DNA of 64,000 nt, from NCBI GenBank assembly GCA_008632985.1, contig QPGO01000011.1, positions 682,001-746,000 of the forward strand, written 5' to 3'. Shown piece by piece: positions 1 through 13,500 of the stretch. Position 1 is the stretch's first letter; every line of letters starts with the position of its first letter. Position numbers and translations under genes: made by a program. The notes beneath the pieces were generated by a model. That model saw nothing but the letters and a program-made list of their open reading frames with translations, was not told the DNA's origin and did not search any database. The stretch is from Psammoneis japonica. Its lineage: Eukaryota.

Positions 1-130
1 TCAAAGAACCACTAGAGTAAACAGAACTCTACTCTACTCTAGTAGAGAGTAACAAGTAAGCAAGCGAAAAGATAAATAGAAGGTAGAAGTAAGTAGCTAC
101 TTTAGCTACTAGCTAGCTAGAGATACTTTC
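1..130. repeat. CTAG/CTAC/GTAG-rich quasi-palindromic intergenic patch (similar patches at ~8090-8135, ~10615-10680, ~26440-26650, ~33610-33760)
   Basis: Runs such as actctactctactctagtagagagt and tagctactagctagctag. The same vocabulary recurs between genes. Confidence 0.6.
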
Positions 131-472
131 TTGCTTGCTTCTTGCTTTATTTGTTTGTTTTTCTAACATCGTACGGTACAGCACAACCGCCGAGCATACA
201 TCGTGCATTTTCTACGAGCTCTATTTTACTGTAGCTCGCAAGATATCCGGTGGCCAAAAAGAACGAAATCAAAGCCCTCAGACATGAAGGCTTCATATCT
301 TCAAATTCTGGCGCGATTTTGCTTGCGAGGAGTCAAGTGCGAGTTCACAAAATCCACACATCACACCGGTGTGTTGTGTTGTGAGTTGTCTGTTGCTGTC
401 GTTGTCATTGTCGGGCGCCAACAACACAAGGACACGCATCATCCATAACACTGTCTTTGTGTTTCTGACTGG

Positions 473-3400
473 ATGGTTAGGACAATGGATGTATCAGACG
501 CTCTTGCTGCGATTGCAGAACTAGCAAGGCAACGAGCTGCGGCTGCTGCTGCCGCCGCCGCCCCTGCTGCTGCTGAAGAAGACGAGTCGAAACCCGCCGC
601 CGCTGAAGACGAAGATGGGGAAGATCAAGACGAGGACGCCGATGATGCTGTTGGATACAAGCCTTACAAGCCCTCCAAGCTGACCTATGGCTGCCCGCAT
701 CCCGACCCGGTTGTGGAGAATGCGTCACTAGCCGCCGTGGAGCCTCCCGATATCTTTTACAACCTCGCCATACCGTCAGCCGTCATTAGCGAAGGCAAAC
801 TGTCAAATCTTCAGCTTGAAGCAATTGTGTATGGGTGTCAACGTCATCAAGTGGACCTGCCGATGCCTCCTGAAGAGAAACCGGAGGCTACGCCAGACAA
901 CAAGAAGGAAAAGAGTGACGACTCCAAGAAGAGCAGTAAGAAACGTCCGCTCAATCCAGAAAAGCCCCATATTCCCCTTCGAGCTGGATTTATGCTAGGA
1001 GACGGTGCAGGTATGTTTGTTTTTGTATTTCTCGTTTGTGCAATTCATCGATATCATCAGCTTACGTGACGGAATTCCTTTCGGATAAAAAACTTCAGGC
1101 ATGGGCAAGGGCAGGTATGTTAGTATATGTTTGTTTGTGTATTTCTCGTTTCTGCAGTTGTCAATATCATCAGCTGTACCTAACGCATTTCCTTGTGGAT
1201 GCAGAACGCTAGCGGGATTTGTCTATGAAGCGCTTGCACGTGGCATTCAGCGCTCGGTATGGGTGAGCGTGTCGAGCGACCTGTACATGGACGCCAAACG
1301 AGACTTGGCGGATTTGGGACTCAAGAGCTACGCCGACAAGCACTGCCACTTGTTGGGGGACTTGTCCTACAAGGAGTTGGAGATCGGTGACGGACTCATT
1401 TTCTGTACCTACCGAACTTTGATTGGGGAATCAAAGAATCGATCGCGATTCGATCAACTCTTGGAATGGTGTGGGGGGGACGACTTTGATGGACTGCTCT
1501 TGTTTGATGAGTGCCACAAGGCGAAGAATATTAGTCTGGATGAAGAGACCCAGCAAGCTACCAATGTCGGATCGTCTGAGTGCTCTCAAACAGCCGCCTG
1601 TGTCGTTCGACTGCAACAGAGCCTCCCTCGTGCTCGTGTGGTGTACTGCAGTGCCACAGCTGTATCCGAACCGCAGAATCTTGGATTCATGAGCCGCCTC
1701 GGTCTTTGGGGGCCCGGGACCGAGCACCCGTGCGGCTTTCAGCAGTTTTTGGAGTCCTTGGAACGCCTCGGATGCGGCGCCATGGAGCTGCACGCCATGC
1801 ATCTCAAGTCCAAGGGGAGTCTCTTGGCTCGGACGCTCAGTTACGAGGGATGCAGTTTCTCCGCGGTGGAAAACGTCATGTCGAACGAAATGTCACACGT
1901 TTACAATGCGAGCGCGGACTTGTGGCGTGATATGGGGGTGGCGCTGGTGAATGAAATGGCCAAGCGGAAAGAACGCCATGACTTTATGAAGCGATTGGAG
2001 CGATGCTCAAATCAACACCTTGACCCCGAAATGATGAAGAAGCGCGACTTGTACGCCGACAGTGATGACGAGGGAGAGGAGTTGACGGAAGCGGAAAAGG
2101 AGGCAAAGAAATATCGACAGAAGTGTCGTAATCGTAAACCCCACGTTATCAATTCTCTCTTTTGGGTAAGTTTGCTTCTGAATGATATTTTGTTGTCGGT
2201 GTTGGAGAAAGTATCTCACAAAGTGCGAATCTTCTTCTATCTACTCGTAGGGAGCGCACCAGCGATTCTTCCGGTCGCTGTGCATTGCGTCAAAGGTTGA
2301 CAAGGCGATTGAGACTGTAGAGGAGGCGATAAATGAAGGGCACTGTTGCGTGATTGGCCTCCAGAGCACTGGAGAGGCGAGAGCGAAGGACGCTGCAAAA
2401 CAGGCAGCAAGCGCCGCGCACCAGGTTGACGACTCGTCGGACGACGAGGCTGTGTACTTGGAGAACTTTATTTCTGCTCCACAGGAGGGGATGCTTCGTA
2501 TCTTGCAGAATATTTTCCCTCTTCCGGTAAGAATTATGATTGGATCTCGCGATTGTTATCTTTGCATGCTGTAACGTCTTATACACATGCTGTCGGCTAT
2601 GTTCCTGTCGTCACGTTTGTCCCCCAGCCAAAGCCTCGTGGTGTGCTTGCTCCCGACTTTTTGACGCCCAAGTGCGCCGACGATCCCAAGAAGGATGACA
2701 CGGCTACTGCGCAACCCAAGAACGACACTGAGAAGCGACCAAAGCCTCTTGGAAATATTAGCAACGTGGAAAAGGCAACAAGCAAGCCCAAGAAGGATCC
2801 GTCCCAGCTCACATGGATGGACGATGACGTTGACTTTCTGTTCGATTCTGATTCGGATGATGATGGGGACAATGTCGGTGCTCCTTTAGGTACGAAAATC
2901 CCATGGCAAGAGATTCCGCTGACTGGTAATCCAGATCGAATGGCCAGATGCTCGGCAGTCACCTTCCTTCGCAGAAAGGAGTATCGTCTCGCCTGCGAGC
3001 AGCTCAAGAAGTGGCACACCGCGGTAAAGTCGCTGCAAATCCCTCCGAACCCGTTAGATCGTCTGCTCAACGAACTCGGCGGTCCAGACAAAGTCGCGGA
3101 AATGACTGGAAGGAAGACTCGGATGGTGCGTCGCAAGGATATGATTACCGGGAAGGAAAACATTGTCTTCGAAAAGCGAGACTCGGAGGACGGTTGCACC
3201 GAATCCATCAATAACGAGGAAAGACAGAATTTCCAGAGTGGTAGGAAGCTTATCGCGATTATCTCCGAGGCGGCTTCAACCGGTGTTAGTCTACAGGCCG
3301 ACAAGCGTGCACTAAACACGCGTCGTCGAGTTCATATCACGTTAGAACTTCCATGGTCTGCCGACAAGGCCATCCAACAACTAGGGCGAACGCATCGTTC

Positions 3401-5841
3401 GAATCAATCGTCAAGTCCCATTTACAAGTTTTTGCTTTCAAAAGTTGGAGGAGAGGCAAGATTTGCTTCTGCCGTAGCAAGACGCCTTCAGAGTCTTGGT
3501 GCCTTGACTCAAGGAGATCGTAGAGCCACGGGCAGCGCTCAGAAACTCGGTTTACAGGAATACGATATTGATAACATTCATGGCTGTCGAGCCTTGAGTA
3601 ACATGGCCGAGTGTATTCGGAACTGCGAATTGGGAGCAAACAATGTTGAGGCACCGGAGCTTACGCACGAAGACTGCGTCATGGCCCTTGAAAGGATCGA
3701 CGCTACTTTGGAAAAGATGATTGAGATCGGAGCACATGGAGAGTGGGTCACGACAAGACCACCGTCCAATGAAATCGATCTTTCTCGAGCTGAAATTAAC
3801 GATATCGGCATGTTGCAGGAGCTCTTCAGAACACCATCCGGCCTTAGACTTGCCACTCATCGTGAAGAAGCAATCAAATCCGACAACAGCGTCGCTCGCC
3901 TTCTTCAAGAGGATCAGGAAAATGAAGATGTTCGAGCCAGCTTGTAAGAGCAAGTTTCAAGCTCGAGGCAGAACGGTCTCGTTTTTCTATTAGTTAGCAA
4001 CCTCTGGTTTCACGATGCGGCTTTGTCGCCGAAAGAGTTTGGTGGATCGGGGAAAAAGAGCAAGCAGCTGCCCAAGTTCCTCAATCGCGTGTTGGGAATG
4101 CGTCTTTCGCAACAGACTCAAGTCACAGATTTCTTTTACACACAATTCGACTACGTCGTGAAGCAGGCTAAGCGATCTGGAGAATACGATCTTGGCATCA
4201 AAAACCTCTCTGGACGTGAAGTGCAGTTTGAGGTATGTAACGTTTACGCTTGTCCAAGGTTGAAACTTCGTCGCACTTACCTTTTACGTGTGACACATGC
4301 GAACTGACAGGGAACGCCACGCGTCTTCTGTTTTCGGGGTCTCGAAGCCCCAGAGGAACGGTTGTACTTATATAAGGTCAAATGCGATTTCGGCATTGAT
4401 TCAAACAAGGCGATGGACATCTACAGGGAAGCGAAGGCTGACGAAGAGGCAGTCGTACAAGATGAGGTTGTCGTCAGCACTGACCGCAACTCTCGAATTG
4501 AAACGGGCTTTTACATTGACGATCGTCCCGCCCTCTATGCAGAGACAGCGAAAGTTTTCTTGATTATCAAGAGGACCGGAACTCTGAGCGACCGAGTTCT
4601 CGTCGTTCGACCCAACCTTGGTAGAAGTCTCAGATCGGCAAACGAAGTGTATCGTGACATTTTTATCAAAAGGAACTATATGCGGTGCGACAACGACCAG
4701 AAGATTCAAAACGCTCTAAGGATTTGGGATACAGAATTCAGATTGGCAGATATTAGTTACAACGAAAAGTACCAATTCTCTTGCGCTGGTCGCCACCATG
4801 AAACCATGATTCTCACTGTAAGTAGTTGGCGGTTTGAATTGTTGTACGTTGCGTAGCGCGAACTCACCCCAATACTGAATCTTAAACCGTGCTTTGCAAT
4901 AGGGACACTGTGTTCCAGTTCTGCAAACGATCTTGTCAATCTTAGACGGCAGAAAACCAGATGCAGTAGACTTCTCTAAAAGCAAATCTAGAAATCTTCC
5001 AAAGGTTGTTCGAGTGGAGACCGGGTTCGATGTGGCCTTGTCGGGAAACACTGAGAACGGAGAGGTTGGGATTGGTAGTCCAGGAGATATCTCAGAAGCA
5101 GTTCCAGAGCCATCTCTCGCTGGTACCGAGGTAGTGACTCCTTCGCCAGAATCTCATAGTGCCGACGTTGACGTTGGCACTCTTGTTGCAAAGCGACTCT
5201 CTGGAAATGGAATTTTTCGTGGATCTATTACTAGCTATCGTGATAACGATGCGTATGAAGACGAACCCGAAAATACCGGCACATATATTGCGAAGTTTAC
5301 GAACGGTAGGAAGTTGAAATTGTCTCATTCAAAGACGAAAGAAGCCAGGTAGGTGGATGGTTGGATACGCGGAACGGCACTTTTTATTGTTGCCCAACTT
5401 TTTCTGTTTCCTTATCTTATCGACAGAGCGCTCTTCGAAAAGGAAGTTGCAAATATGGTCGCCACCGGCATGTCAAGGACGATGGCCACAAGTCTCTCGC
5501 GAAATGTCACCGTCCATCTCGTTGAGCAGGATGCTACGCCCGTTCTGTCGGTAGAGGAAGACGAAGATCCTACGGACTTGGAGCAACGCTACGAGCTCAT
5601 GTTTGACGGTGAAATGCCATCTTGTATCGTCGGTCTCGAGCTTCCGGAGTCTAAGCAATCCGGTCCGAATACTTCGTTTGTAAATCCAGTTTGGAAGAGG
5701 GTTCTAGAAGGATTATCTAAGAAAATGATGCAGCGTGGCGTTGAGTCGACGAGGGAAGTTCACAATCTTGCCAAAGCCGAGCGCCTTCAAAGCAAGAGAG
5801 CCCGTATTTGTACACTGGAGAATCAAGAGAATGCTCTCTAG
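473..5841 (+). CDS. SBNO: Strawberry notch (SBNO/FORGETTER-like) helicase-family protein, multi-exon
   Basis: Motifs HPDPVVENASL, LSNLQLEAIVY, spliced P-loop GDGAG|MGKGR|T, FDECHKAKN, YCSAT, VAEMTGR, ISEAASTGVSLQAD, LELPWSADKAIQQLGRTHRSNQ, FLNRVLGM. GT-AG introns at 1011-1098, 1115-1204, ~2166-2250, ~2527-2627, ~3944-3993, ~4233-4310, ~4818-4901, ~5349-5426. Confidence 0.92.
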
Positions 5842-6126
5842 AAGTTTGATTCCTAGAGATTGTAGCATGGCTGTTGATCGTGTGGTGATCTGCTACACTT
5901 GTGGGAATATTATCCGTCTCATCTTATTTGATGGGACGGCAGCAAGCTGTACCGGTAAAAACACTGTTTCTCTGAAACTCAAAACCGTTTTTTGCGTCAT
6001 CATGGATAGTTTGTATGCGTGAATTTCGAACAAGAGTTTGCGTGCGCTGCACATTACGCGTGTTAACTGCTTCGAATAGCTGATGCCAAAACAGGACCAC
6101 TATGCAGGCAGACTTCTTGCAACTAA

Positions 6127-6922
6127 CTAGTACTTGCCATCCTGCTCGGTTTTCGATAACTTCTCCCCTTGGTCGAGTTTCTTCTGGAGGGACGCTTTGA
6201 TTTTGTGATTCCCCTTCTTAACCCCTCCTCCGTACGTCATACAGCTTTTCTTGGTTACAAACGAGAACGCATGATTTATATTTTGCTCTCCACACCAATA
6301 GACAAGTCTCGTCATTCTGTCTCGATGGCCCTTGGTCTACTACGAAAAACGAAAAAGAACTTTGGAATGGGTGAACGAATGCGGTGTTGTGACTAAAGAA
6401 GAAGTATTGAAAGGTTACCTTGTTCACTCACGTTTTCGCAAAATGTCATCCATTGCTTAAGTAGGGCCTACAGGCCCAGGGGGCACGTGGCATGGACTCA
6501 GAAACATAACCGGCAAAAAGACTTTGCCCCACTTCGCAAATCCGATTTGGCCAAACTCTGTCCGCACATCATCCAGTATTTCTGAGAGAATTCTCTCCTT
6601 CTGTTCTTCAAACTCTCGTTTCATAGCATCTCGTTGTTGCAAGAGAATTTTGATTCTTTCTGACGCGTACTGGTTCCGCCTGTTTCCTTTTCTCACGACC
6701 GTTGTCCTTCTTGGCTGCTGAGGCTGACTTTCCCTTCTTACCAGCCTTTCTCGGTTTAACCCTTCTCGTTGACATTGTCTTCGGTCACCGAAGACACTTC
6801 GGTCCCCATACTCAAAGACTTATCCGGCTCCTCACCGGGCAGGAAGATCTTCCGCTCAAGCTGCAATCGACGTTGCTTTGATTTTCTCCCCGTCTTTGGA
6901 TTTGAGTGAGTCGGCTATTCAT
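6127..6922 (-). pseudogene. Frameshifted gene or pseudogene with a PWWP-like domain
   Basis: Fragments in several frames: a Lys-rich linker, FGQIGFAKWGKVFLPVMFLSPCHVPPGPV and RLVYWCGE. These resemble PWWP-like domains as I recall them from diatom proteins. Stops and frameshifts are present. Confidence 0.4.
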
Positions 6923-7178
6923 GGACTATTCGCTGTGGATGACGTCACGCGCGATTGACTTGGACGCGACATTCAACATTGGGCCGCCGCCGCGATCGCG
7001 CTGAAGAGGACGCGATCTTTTCTCTTGATGTCCGATGATGCGACATCGTGGACGACGACAAGAAGAATCAAGAGGAGCGACAGCGACAATAGCAACACTC
7101 TCCGTCGTTTCTACTAGATCTGAGACACTGTCAACGAAACCGGTCAAGCAAAGCAGTTAAAACCATCTCAGAAACGCC

Positions 7179-7922
7179 ATGGATAACCTGTCAGACGAAG
7201 AAAAGTTGAGGATGGCGGGGAAGTGCAACTTCACCCTCGTCACCCTGTTCGCCACGGCTGCATTCATTTGCGGCATTTACGGCAATTCAGATTGCAATTT
7301 TGCGGGACGCAGTCTTAGCTTTGTGAATGGTGTTGACCCCGTCCAGGCATGTGATTCGCTGCAAGAGTCTAATGAAGTGTGTTTGACGCTTGTCCAGGAT
7401 CACGCCGTTGGTTTCTATGCGTGGTACGGGACGATTCCTGTCGATCAGCAGGTCTGTCTCTCTTACACCCAATATGTACCGGGTTTGGGGTATGTCACTC
7501 CTTCCTTCGATACCAAGTTTAACTCTGCCAAGGCTCTGGGAGTAACCGCCAACGTGTTCGGATTCATGGCCTGGTTCACGCTCGTCCTTGCCTCTTGCTG
7601 CCCCATTACTCAGGAGCGTCTAAAGTGTCTTGGCATCTACTTTTCGTTCGCCACGTTATTCCAGGGTTTGACCTTTTTGTTGTGGAGAAGTAGTATTTGT
7701 ACCGTGGGGTTCTTTTCACCCTACTTTCCCAGTGTAGACGACGTTTCTGGAGTGATTGATGGTGTCACTTGCAGTCTCGCAACCGGATCCAAGTTGTCTA
7801 TTTCAGCAACCGTTTGCTACTTTATGTGCATGTGTCTCGTCCCAGGAGCGGTTGCTCCCAAGCCAGTTGCATTCAATGGAGAAGAAAATCAGGCCCTTAC
7901 TGATGAAGAAGCCAATGATTAA
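7179..7922 (+). CDS. Four-TM Cys-rich membrane protein (claudin/LHFPL-like topology)
   Basis: Single 247-aa ORF with four hydrophobic segments and Cys-containing loops. Confidence 0.7.
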   Translation: MDNLSDEEKLRMAGKCNFTLVTLFATAAFICGIYGNSDCNFAGRSLSFVNGVDPVQACDSLQESNEVCLTLVQDHAVGFYAWYGTIPVDQQVCLSYTQYVPGLGYVTPSFDTKFNSAKALGVTANVFGFMAWFTLVLASCCPITQERLKCLGIYFSFATLFQGLTFLLWRSSICTVGFFSPYFPSVDDVSGVIDGVTCSLATGSKLSISATVCYFMCMCLVPGAVAPKPVAFNGEENQALTDEEAND

Positions 7923-8282
7923 AGCATCGTTCGTCCTATTAGAAGTGATGCTATGGTTGATACCAGGTTAAAACAGATAGCAAAGTCGCTTTTGTGACGT
8001 GTGCTTTCTACTAAAGTATAATGAGGAGGCCTTCTCCATCGTCTGAAGATGCTCCATGTCTGAAGATGATTCAGTAATTTCAAACTCGTCGGGTAGGGCT
8101 CTCTAGAGGGCCCTAGATACCGTAGAGGCTACCTGAAACGAAAATAAGAATAACGAAAACGATGATTTTCTCGCTGTTTTGGCGTTTTAATTGCTCAAAA
8201 ATATTAAAACCGATGAAATTACGTTTTTACTATTTTCTCGTACGAAACTGTCCAAATCGCAGTGTACCGTATCGACCGATAG

Positions 8283-9859
8283 ATGGCAGAGGGCGGCGAC
8301 GATGGCGAATTAGCCTCGAAAATGGGGCGTCTCGCAGTCGACGGAGCCGAGAATAGCACTGCTGAGTCGGACTCACTGCTGGGCCTTGCGGATGCCCCTC
8401 GTGATTATGACGAGGCCAAGAATACCTATCGTAATTTCGTTGTTTTTCTGGCTCTTTGCAGCCGTTCCTGCAGCTGCGCTGGCTTGTCTGTCACTTGCCA
8501 CGGCTCGTTTAGGAAGTGTTGGTGCATGGCAAAGCGGTATTCTCTACCTGACATACACTTTGTCAGCTATCATGGGAGCTACGTACGTTAGCAAGAAACT
8601 GGGATCGAGGAATGCCGTCATTGTCGGAATGACGTTATTCTGCTCGTACGTGGTGTGCTTCCTGTTGGCTACAATCAATCCCTCTTTAGCCAAGCCCTTT
8701 GCCTTAACGGGTGCTGGTATTGGAGGAGTAGGCTCTGGGATATTATGGACTGCACAAGGTGTCTATTTTTCACAGGCTGCAGAAGAATATGCCCTCTTTT
8801 CTGGAACAGATTGGGCTGACTCCAACTCGATGCTGGCCGGAACGTTTGCCTTTATCTTATTGTTTGAAGAGACTCTACTCGACATTCTTTCCACCGCTTT
8901 CATTAGACTTTGGCATATTCCATGGCGCTTTATCTTCTCATTGTACGGTTGCATTGCTGTCTCGGCCACGTGTGCAATGACACGTCTGGTCAAGAATTAT
9001 CCATCCACAGATGATGGTGATGCGTCACTTGGAAGCATCTTTGTCAAAATATCGGCCGCCTTTAGCTTACTGATATCTGATTCGAAAATGAAATACATGA
9101 TTGGACTGAATGCGGCGTTTGGTTTTTCCGGTGCTTTTCTCAATTCTTTTGTTTCTGGCGAGGTTGTACCCGTCGCTCTCTCGGACTCGAGTTCCTCGTT
9201 CGTAGGACTATTGGTTGCTATCCACGGCGGTGTTGCTGCTTTCATGTCCCTTGTCTTTGGTCATTTGTCCCAAAAATTGGGAAGGAGCCGTTCTTGTGAT
9301 TGGCACGTTATCCTTTGGTTCAGTCGCCTTTCCGTTCTTGATCCAGCCCGACTTGGAGGCTTGGACGTGGGCTTCACTCATTATGGTGTACACGGCACAA
9401 GGTATTGGGCGGGCGACGTTTGAAGGAACTTTAAAAGCCGTGTTTGCTGATTTCTTTCCGTACGAAAAAGAAGGCGCGTTCTCAAATATTATCCTTCAGA
9501 ATGGCTTATCGAGTGCAGCTGCTTACGTGCTGTCCTTTCGACTTACATGCTCAACACGGTCTGACTACTGCATCGAATATCGGGACGGAACCCTACACGA
9601 TCTGTTCGCCTTTGCCATGCTTGTTGTCCTGACAAGCATCGTTGCCATTGTCGGTTATCTGCGTGCTGCTTGTCTCGCCACTGGTGGCGATGTTGTCGAC
9701 CGACTTTCGCGCTACCGAAGCCAATCGGTTCGGTCATACCGAAGTTCACGAGTCTCTGCGTCTGGCGTCTTTCTTGACAGACGCACCTATCAGAGCTTGG
9801 AGGCACAAATCGAGGATGAATTAGCAGCAACCGAAGAGACACTCCCAGAAGTTACGTGA
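8283..9859 (+). CDS. UNC-93-like MFS membrane protein (two apparent frameshifts)
   Basis: GVGSGILWTAQGVYFS motif and ~12 TM segments across three frames. Frame switches occur at a T-run (~8443) and a G-run (~9280). Confidence 0.8.
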
Positions 9860-10113
9860 TTGATGGGTGTCCACTGAACTCGTCGATGCAAGTCAGAGAC
9901 GTTAGATCTCTCAAAATTGATGAGAGACTCCGTCGTTGCATTTCTACGTTTATACCGGGATGTTATGAAGTCGGGATTCTAGTGCAAGCGAAGAACGGAA
10001 AGAATCCTCACTATATGTTTATGAAGTTTGAAGCTATGCATATGTGGCGTAGGGGCGAACTCCGTACGATTCCGAACGTAATCCGTTTACCTGGGCAACG
10101 CGCCTGCATTAAT

Positions 10114-10383
10114 CTACTTCGAAGACTGTTTCGTCGGAAGATGCTGAGCTGCCTCAACCCGGTTCGAAGCTGGAGGAACGTAGCCACGGGACGACCAATA
10201 GGTAGGGTGATTCGGGTTATGCATGACTGCACTCGTCACCTGTGCTTGTGTCTGTTTGGGACCACCGCCATGGGATTTTCCCCCACCTCCCTTGTTTCCT
10301 CCACCGTGAGAGGCACCGCCCTTACTATTTCCACCTCCCTTGCCGCCGCCACGAGCACTATTGCTACTGCTACCCTTTGCCAT
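10114..10383 (-). CDS. Small Gly/Lys-rich protein with an NPNxxxYWxSRGY motif
   Basis: ATG at 10383 after caac. Sequence MAKGSSSNSARGGGKGGG...HNPNHPTYWSSRGY. Confidence 0.55.
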   Translation of the reverse strand: MAKGSSSNSARGGGKGGGNSKGGASHGGGNKGGGGKSHGGGPKQTQAQVTSAVMHNPNHPTYWSSRGYVPPASNRVEAAQHLPTKQSSK

Positions 10384-10706
10384 GTTGACACTTTCCTGAA
10401 TTTGAGACGCCAGAAGAACTTTGGGAGCAAGCCTCAATCCTTTTGATTGGCCAAGAGCGTCCGCAACGAAAAATTCAGTCGGCGTACACCGCTGGTACTG
10501 AACTCAGAGGATTTGCAGTTCCGTGTCACGGATGCGAACTTGCAATTTTTATGAGTACTGTACGCCGAATTCATTTGCTCGTGCATAGTGTTGAAGAAGA
10601 ACTAGCCCGCCAGCCACGCCTAGTAGTACCCAGAGTATTCTATCAATAGTTTCTCTAGTTGTACGGTTCTACAAGTACAAAAGCCGCTTGCAGCTCTCTT
10701 GCGTGT

Positions 10707-12979
10707 CTATCTATTTGCCCGGTCCTCGTTGCCTCGCTTATGTCGACCGGATCTCATAGCGCTGTAGTCCTTTCCGTTGTTGTCCCGGAGTAAGGGATGG
10801 CTTTCTCTGGATCTACCGCCACCCACAAAATCGGAGCCCATGTCCTCGAATGAATCCACATTATGTGCTTCGAAATTGTTGTGTCGTTTATCCTTTTCCC
10901 GCGACCTCGCGTCTGAGCCCGCGATAGTTTCATTTTCCTCGAGGGAATGCCGCATTTGAGTGGGACCGTTGCTTGGAGGCTTTCGGTCAGACTTTGACGT
11001 ACGTGACATCAATCGTGCTACGGCATCAGTTGCTGCTATTGCAGCTCGCTGCGTATCCGAGATAGTTTTTTTCGAATCACCGTTTTGCCACTTGAAGCGA
11101 GATCCCGACTCCTTGCCAAATGGTTGTGTTCCTGTTTGTCTCCGCCGCCATCATCAAGAGTGTCACTATTGAAGCCCTTTCCACGTTTCGAGCTTTGTTT
11201 CTCTCCAAAGTACTTTCTTGACTGGGAATGGAATCCAAATCACTCTCTGAAGTATCTGCGGGAGAATTGGCAGATCGATCACTTTGCTGTGCTCTGTCGT
11301 CTCTTTCTTTTATGCTTGTGGCGCCGCCTCTGTCCATCAGCAATGGTGGTCTTGTCAGAATAGGAACTTGGCAGCAAGATCGAGTGTACTTTCCCATCGC
11401 CGCTAGCGGTGCGTGGTCTATTATTGCTTGCACGCCATCGTCAGCAGATTGCTCAGTCTCACTGCGCCCTCCATCAATCCATGCATCGATTGTCGCACTC
11501 ATTTTGTCCTCGCTCGAATCCACCGACGAGGAAGGAACCGCTAGATTGTGAGGTCGACTTGGCGCCTGCGTAGCTGAAGCATCTCTCGGGTTGGGTCTGG
11601 TGGCCTTGCAGTCGCATCCATCAAGTTTCTATTGGAAGACGACGTATGGTCCCGGGAGAGCGGGCTGTCAACAATGACAGGTGTAGAGCTATTCAGCAAG
11701 TTATCGGCAAAGCGCACGCTGAAGATGTACGCAAGTGACGATGCGAGGGGCGAGCAATTTTCGAGTTGGCTTCTTGTGGAGGCGGCGGAGGGGGCGGCAC
11801 GGCCGATTCTTCATCTGCCGGACGAGACGATTGCTTTGCTGTGGTAGCAGCCGCTGGTGAACACGCATCGTTCCATATCTCAAGTCCAGGCAAAGAAGAC
11901 ATTGATACGGCGCAGTCGAGGGGTTTGGCCGGGTACCGATATTGTCGCATAATACTTGTTTTACTTTCCAGCTGTCGAGTTGCCTTGGCTAGAAGATTAG
12001 CGTGCAATCCATGCGGTAGTAACCCGTGCTCAAAATTCGTCTCAAAGATACGTTGTGACCCCATTGCACCTGTCGCCGTTCAGTAAGAATAAGATACTGA
12101 GTTGTCACCGCTCACCTCATTCAGAACGTGTGACGATCCGGCTTTCAGAGGGACTTACCTGAATGCATAATGATTCGACCAAAAGCGCTAAAGACCACCA
12201 CAACATGCATGAATAGAAAAGCGTGACAATCACCATTAGGTATGACCAGAAACCAGCTGGGAGCATGATGATGCAGAGAAGCAAGATCCAAATCAAAAAG
12301 CAGTACACTGACGCAACAATGAAGCGCCCCGGCAATTCTGCCACGTATTGACCAATCGAACTCCTCAAGACGCAGTGCGCGTTTGTATCAGATATCGCAT
12401 TTACCATACCCCAAGCGGTGAAGGTGCTACCATACGTATGGGGAACGAGAAAGATTCAGCGTCACAGAATCAGATGGGTATGATCGACATGGCTGAAAAC
12501 ACACACAAACTACTGGTATGATAGTAATCTTACCTGATGATTGACAGAATCGTAAGAACAACTGATAGAAGCATTGAAAAGCCAGCCCAGAACTTGATTG
12601 TTCCAAACTTGCCGTTCCTCATGTCTTCGCGAATCTCTGTCGCTAAAAAATCAGAGTTGAAAAGCACATTCAAGACGGCTCCCAATAAGAGCGACATGAA
12701 CACCATACTGCTAGCATATCGCTGACAGATATACCCGCGCAAATCAGATCCCTCTCCCTCCATGGCCCAAGCCATGTGGCGTCGCCAAATAGAAAAGTTG
12801 TCGACCGTGATGAAGAACTCGCGTGGTTTCAGCAATCGTAGCAAGGACAGCAACGTGTGCGAATTAAAGTCTTTTCGGGCATCCTGTGAAGACGTTCGTT
12901 GCTTCAACGGAAGCGGGCGAGGAGTCGTAGCGCTGCTTCCAGCAGTCCAATCAGAATCGGCAGAGAATGTGAAACTCAT
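10707..12979 (-). CDS. Uncharacterised multi-exon protein: N-terminal TM domain plus long disordered C-terminus
   Basis: Collinear minus-strand ORFs (12530-12979, 12117-12407, 11693-12064, 11077-11523, 10707-11012). GTAAG donors near 12533 and 12158. Probable frameshifts in the tail. Confidence 0.55.
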
Positions 12980-13500
12980 GTTGATGATTGTTTTCGGAAC
13001 TGAGATTCAACACCAACAACGAACAACATTTCAACATGCCAAATTTTTTATGCGGCTTTGAACGCTTCGCATGCTTCGCACCTATGATACAGTACAGATC
13101 GCAGGCTTTGAGCTTGCAAAGCTTGCACGCGCGGATGGGTGCGATTGAAAAGATAACTTCATGTACGATGATTGGATTCAAATGCACTTTCTTCAGCACC
13201 ATAATAATTATTTTGAACATGCCCCAGGATGCATGCGCGTCCGCATACTCCGCGCGCTACGTCATCATTTGAAAAAGCACATAAGTCTATATCTGATTGT
13301 GCACGTCGGCGGCGGTTGAAGTTTTGAGTTTTGTGAAGCGTTGAGCGCGCGTTGAGCGTTAATTTTTATTGCGAGGTGCGATATCATACACGGTACGAGG
13401 GGCGAGGGGCATTGTTGTTGAGACTGCTGTTGTCATATACCGGTACATGCCGTACCTTTGCTGCGCTTTTGTGAATCGTTTTTCCATATCACATACCATC

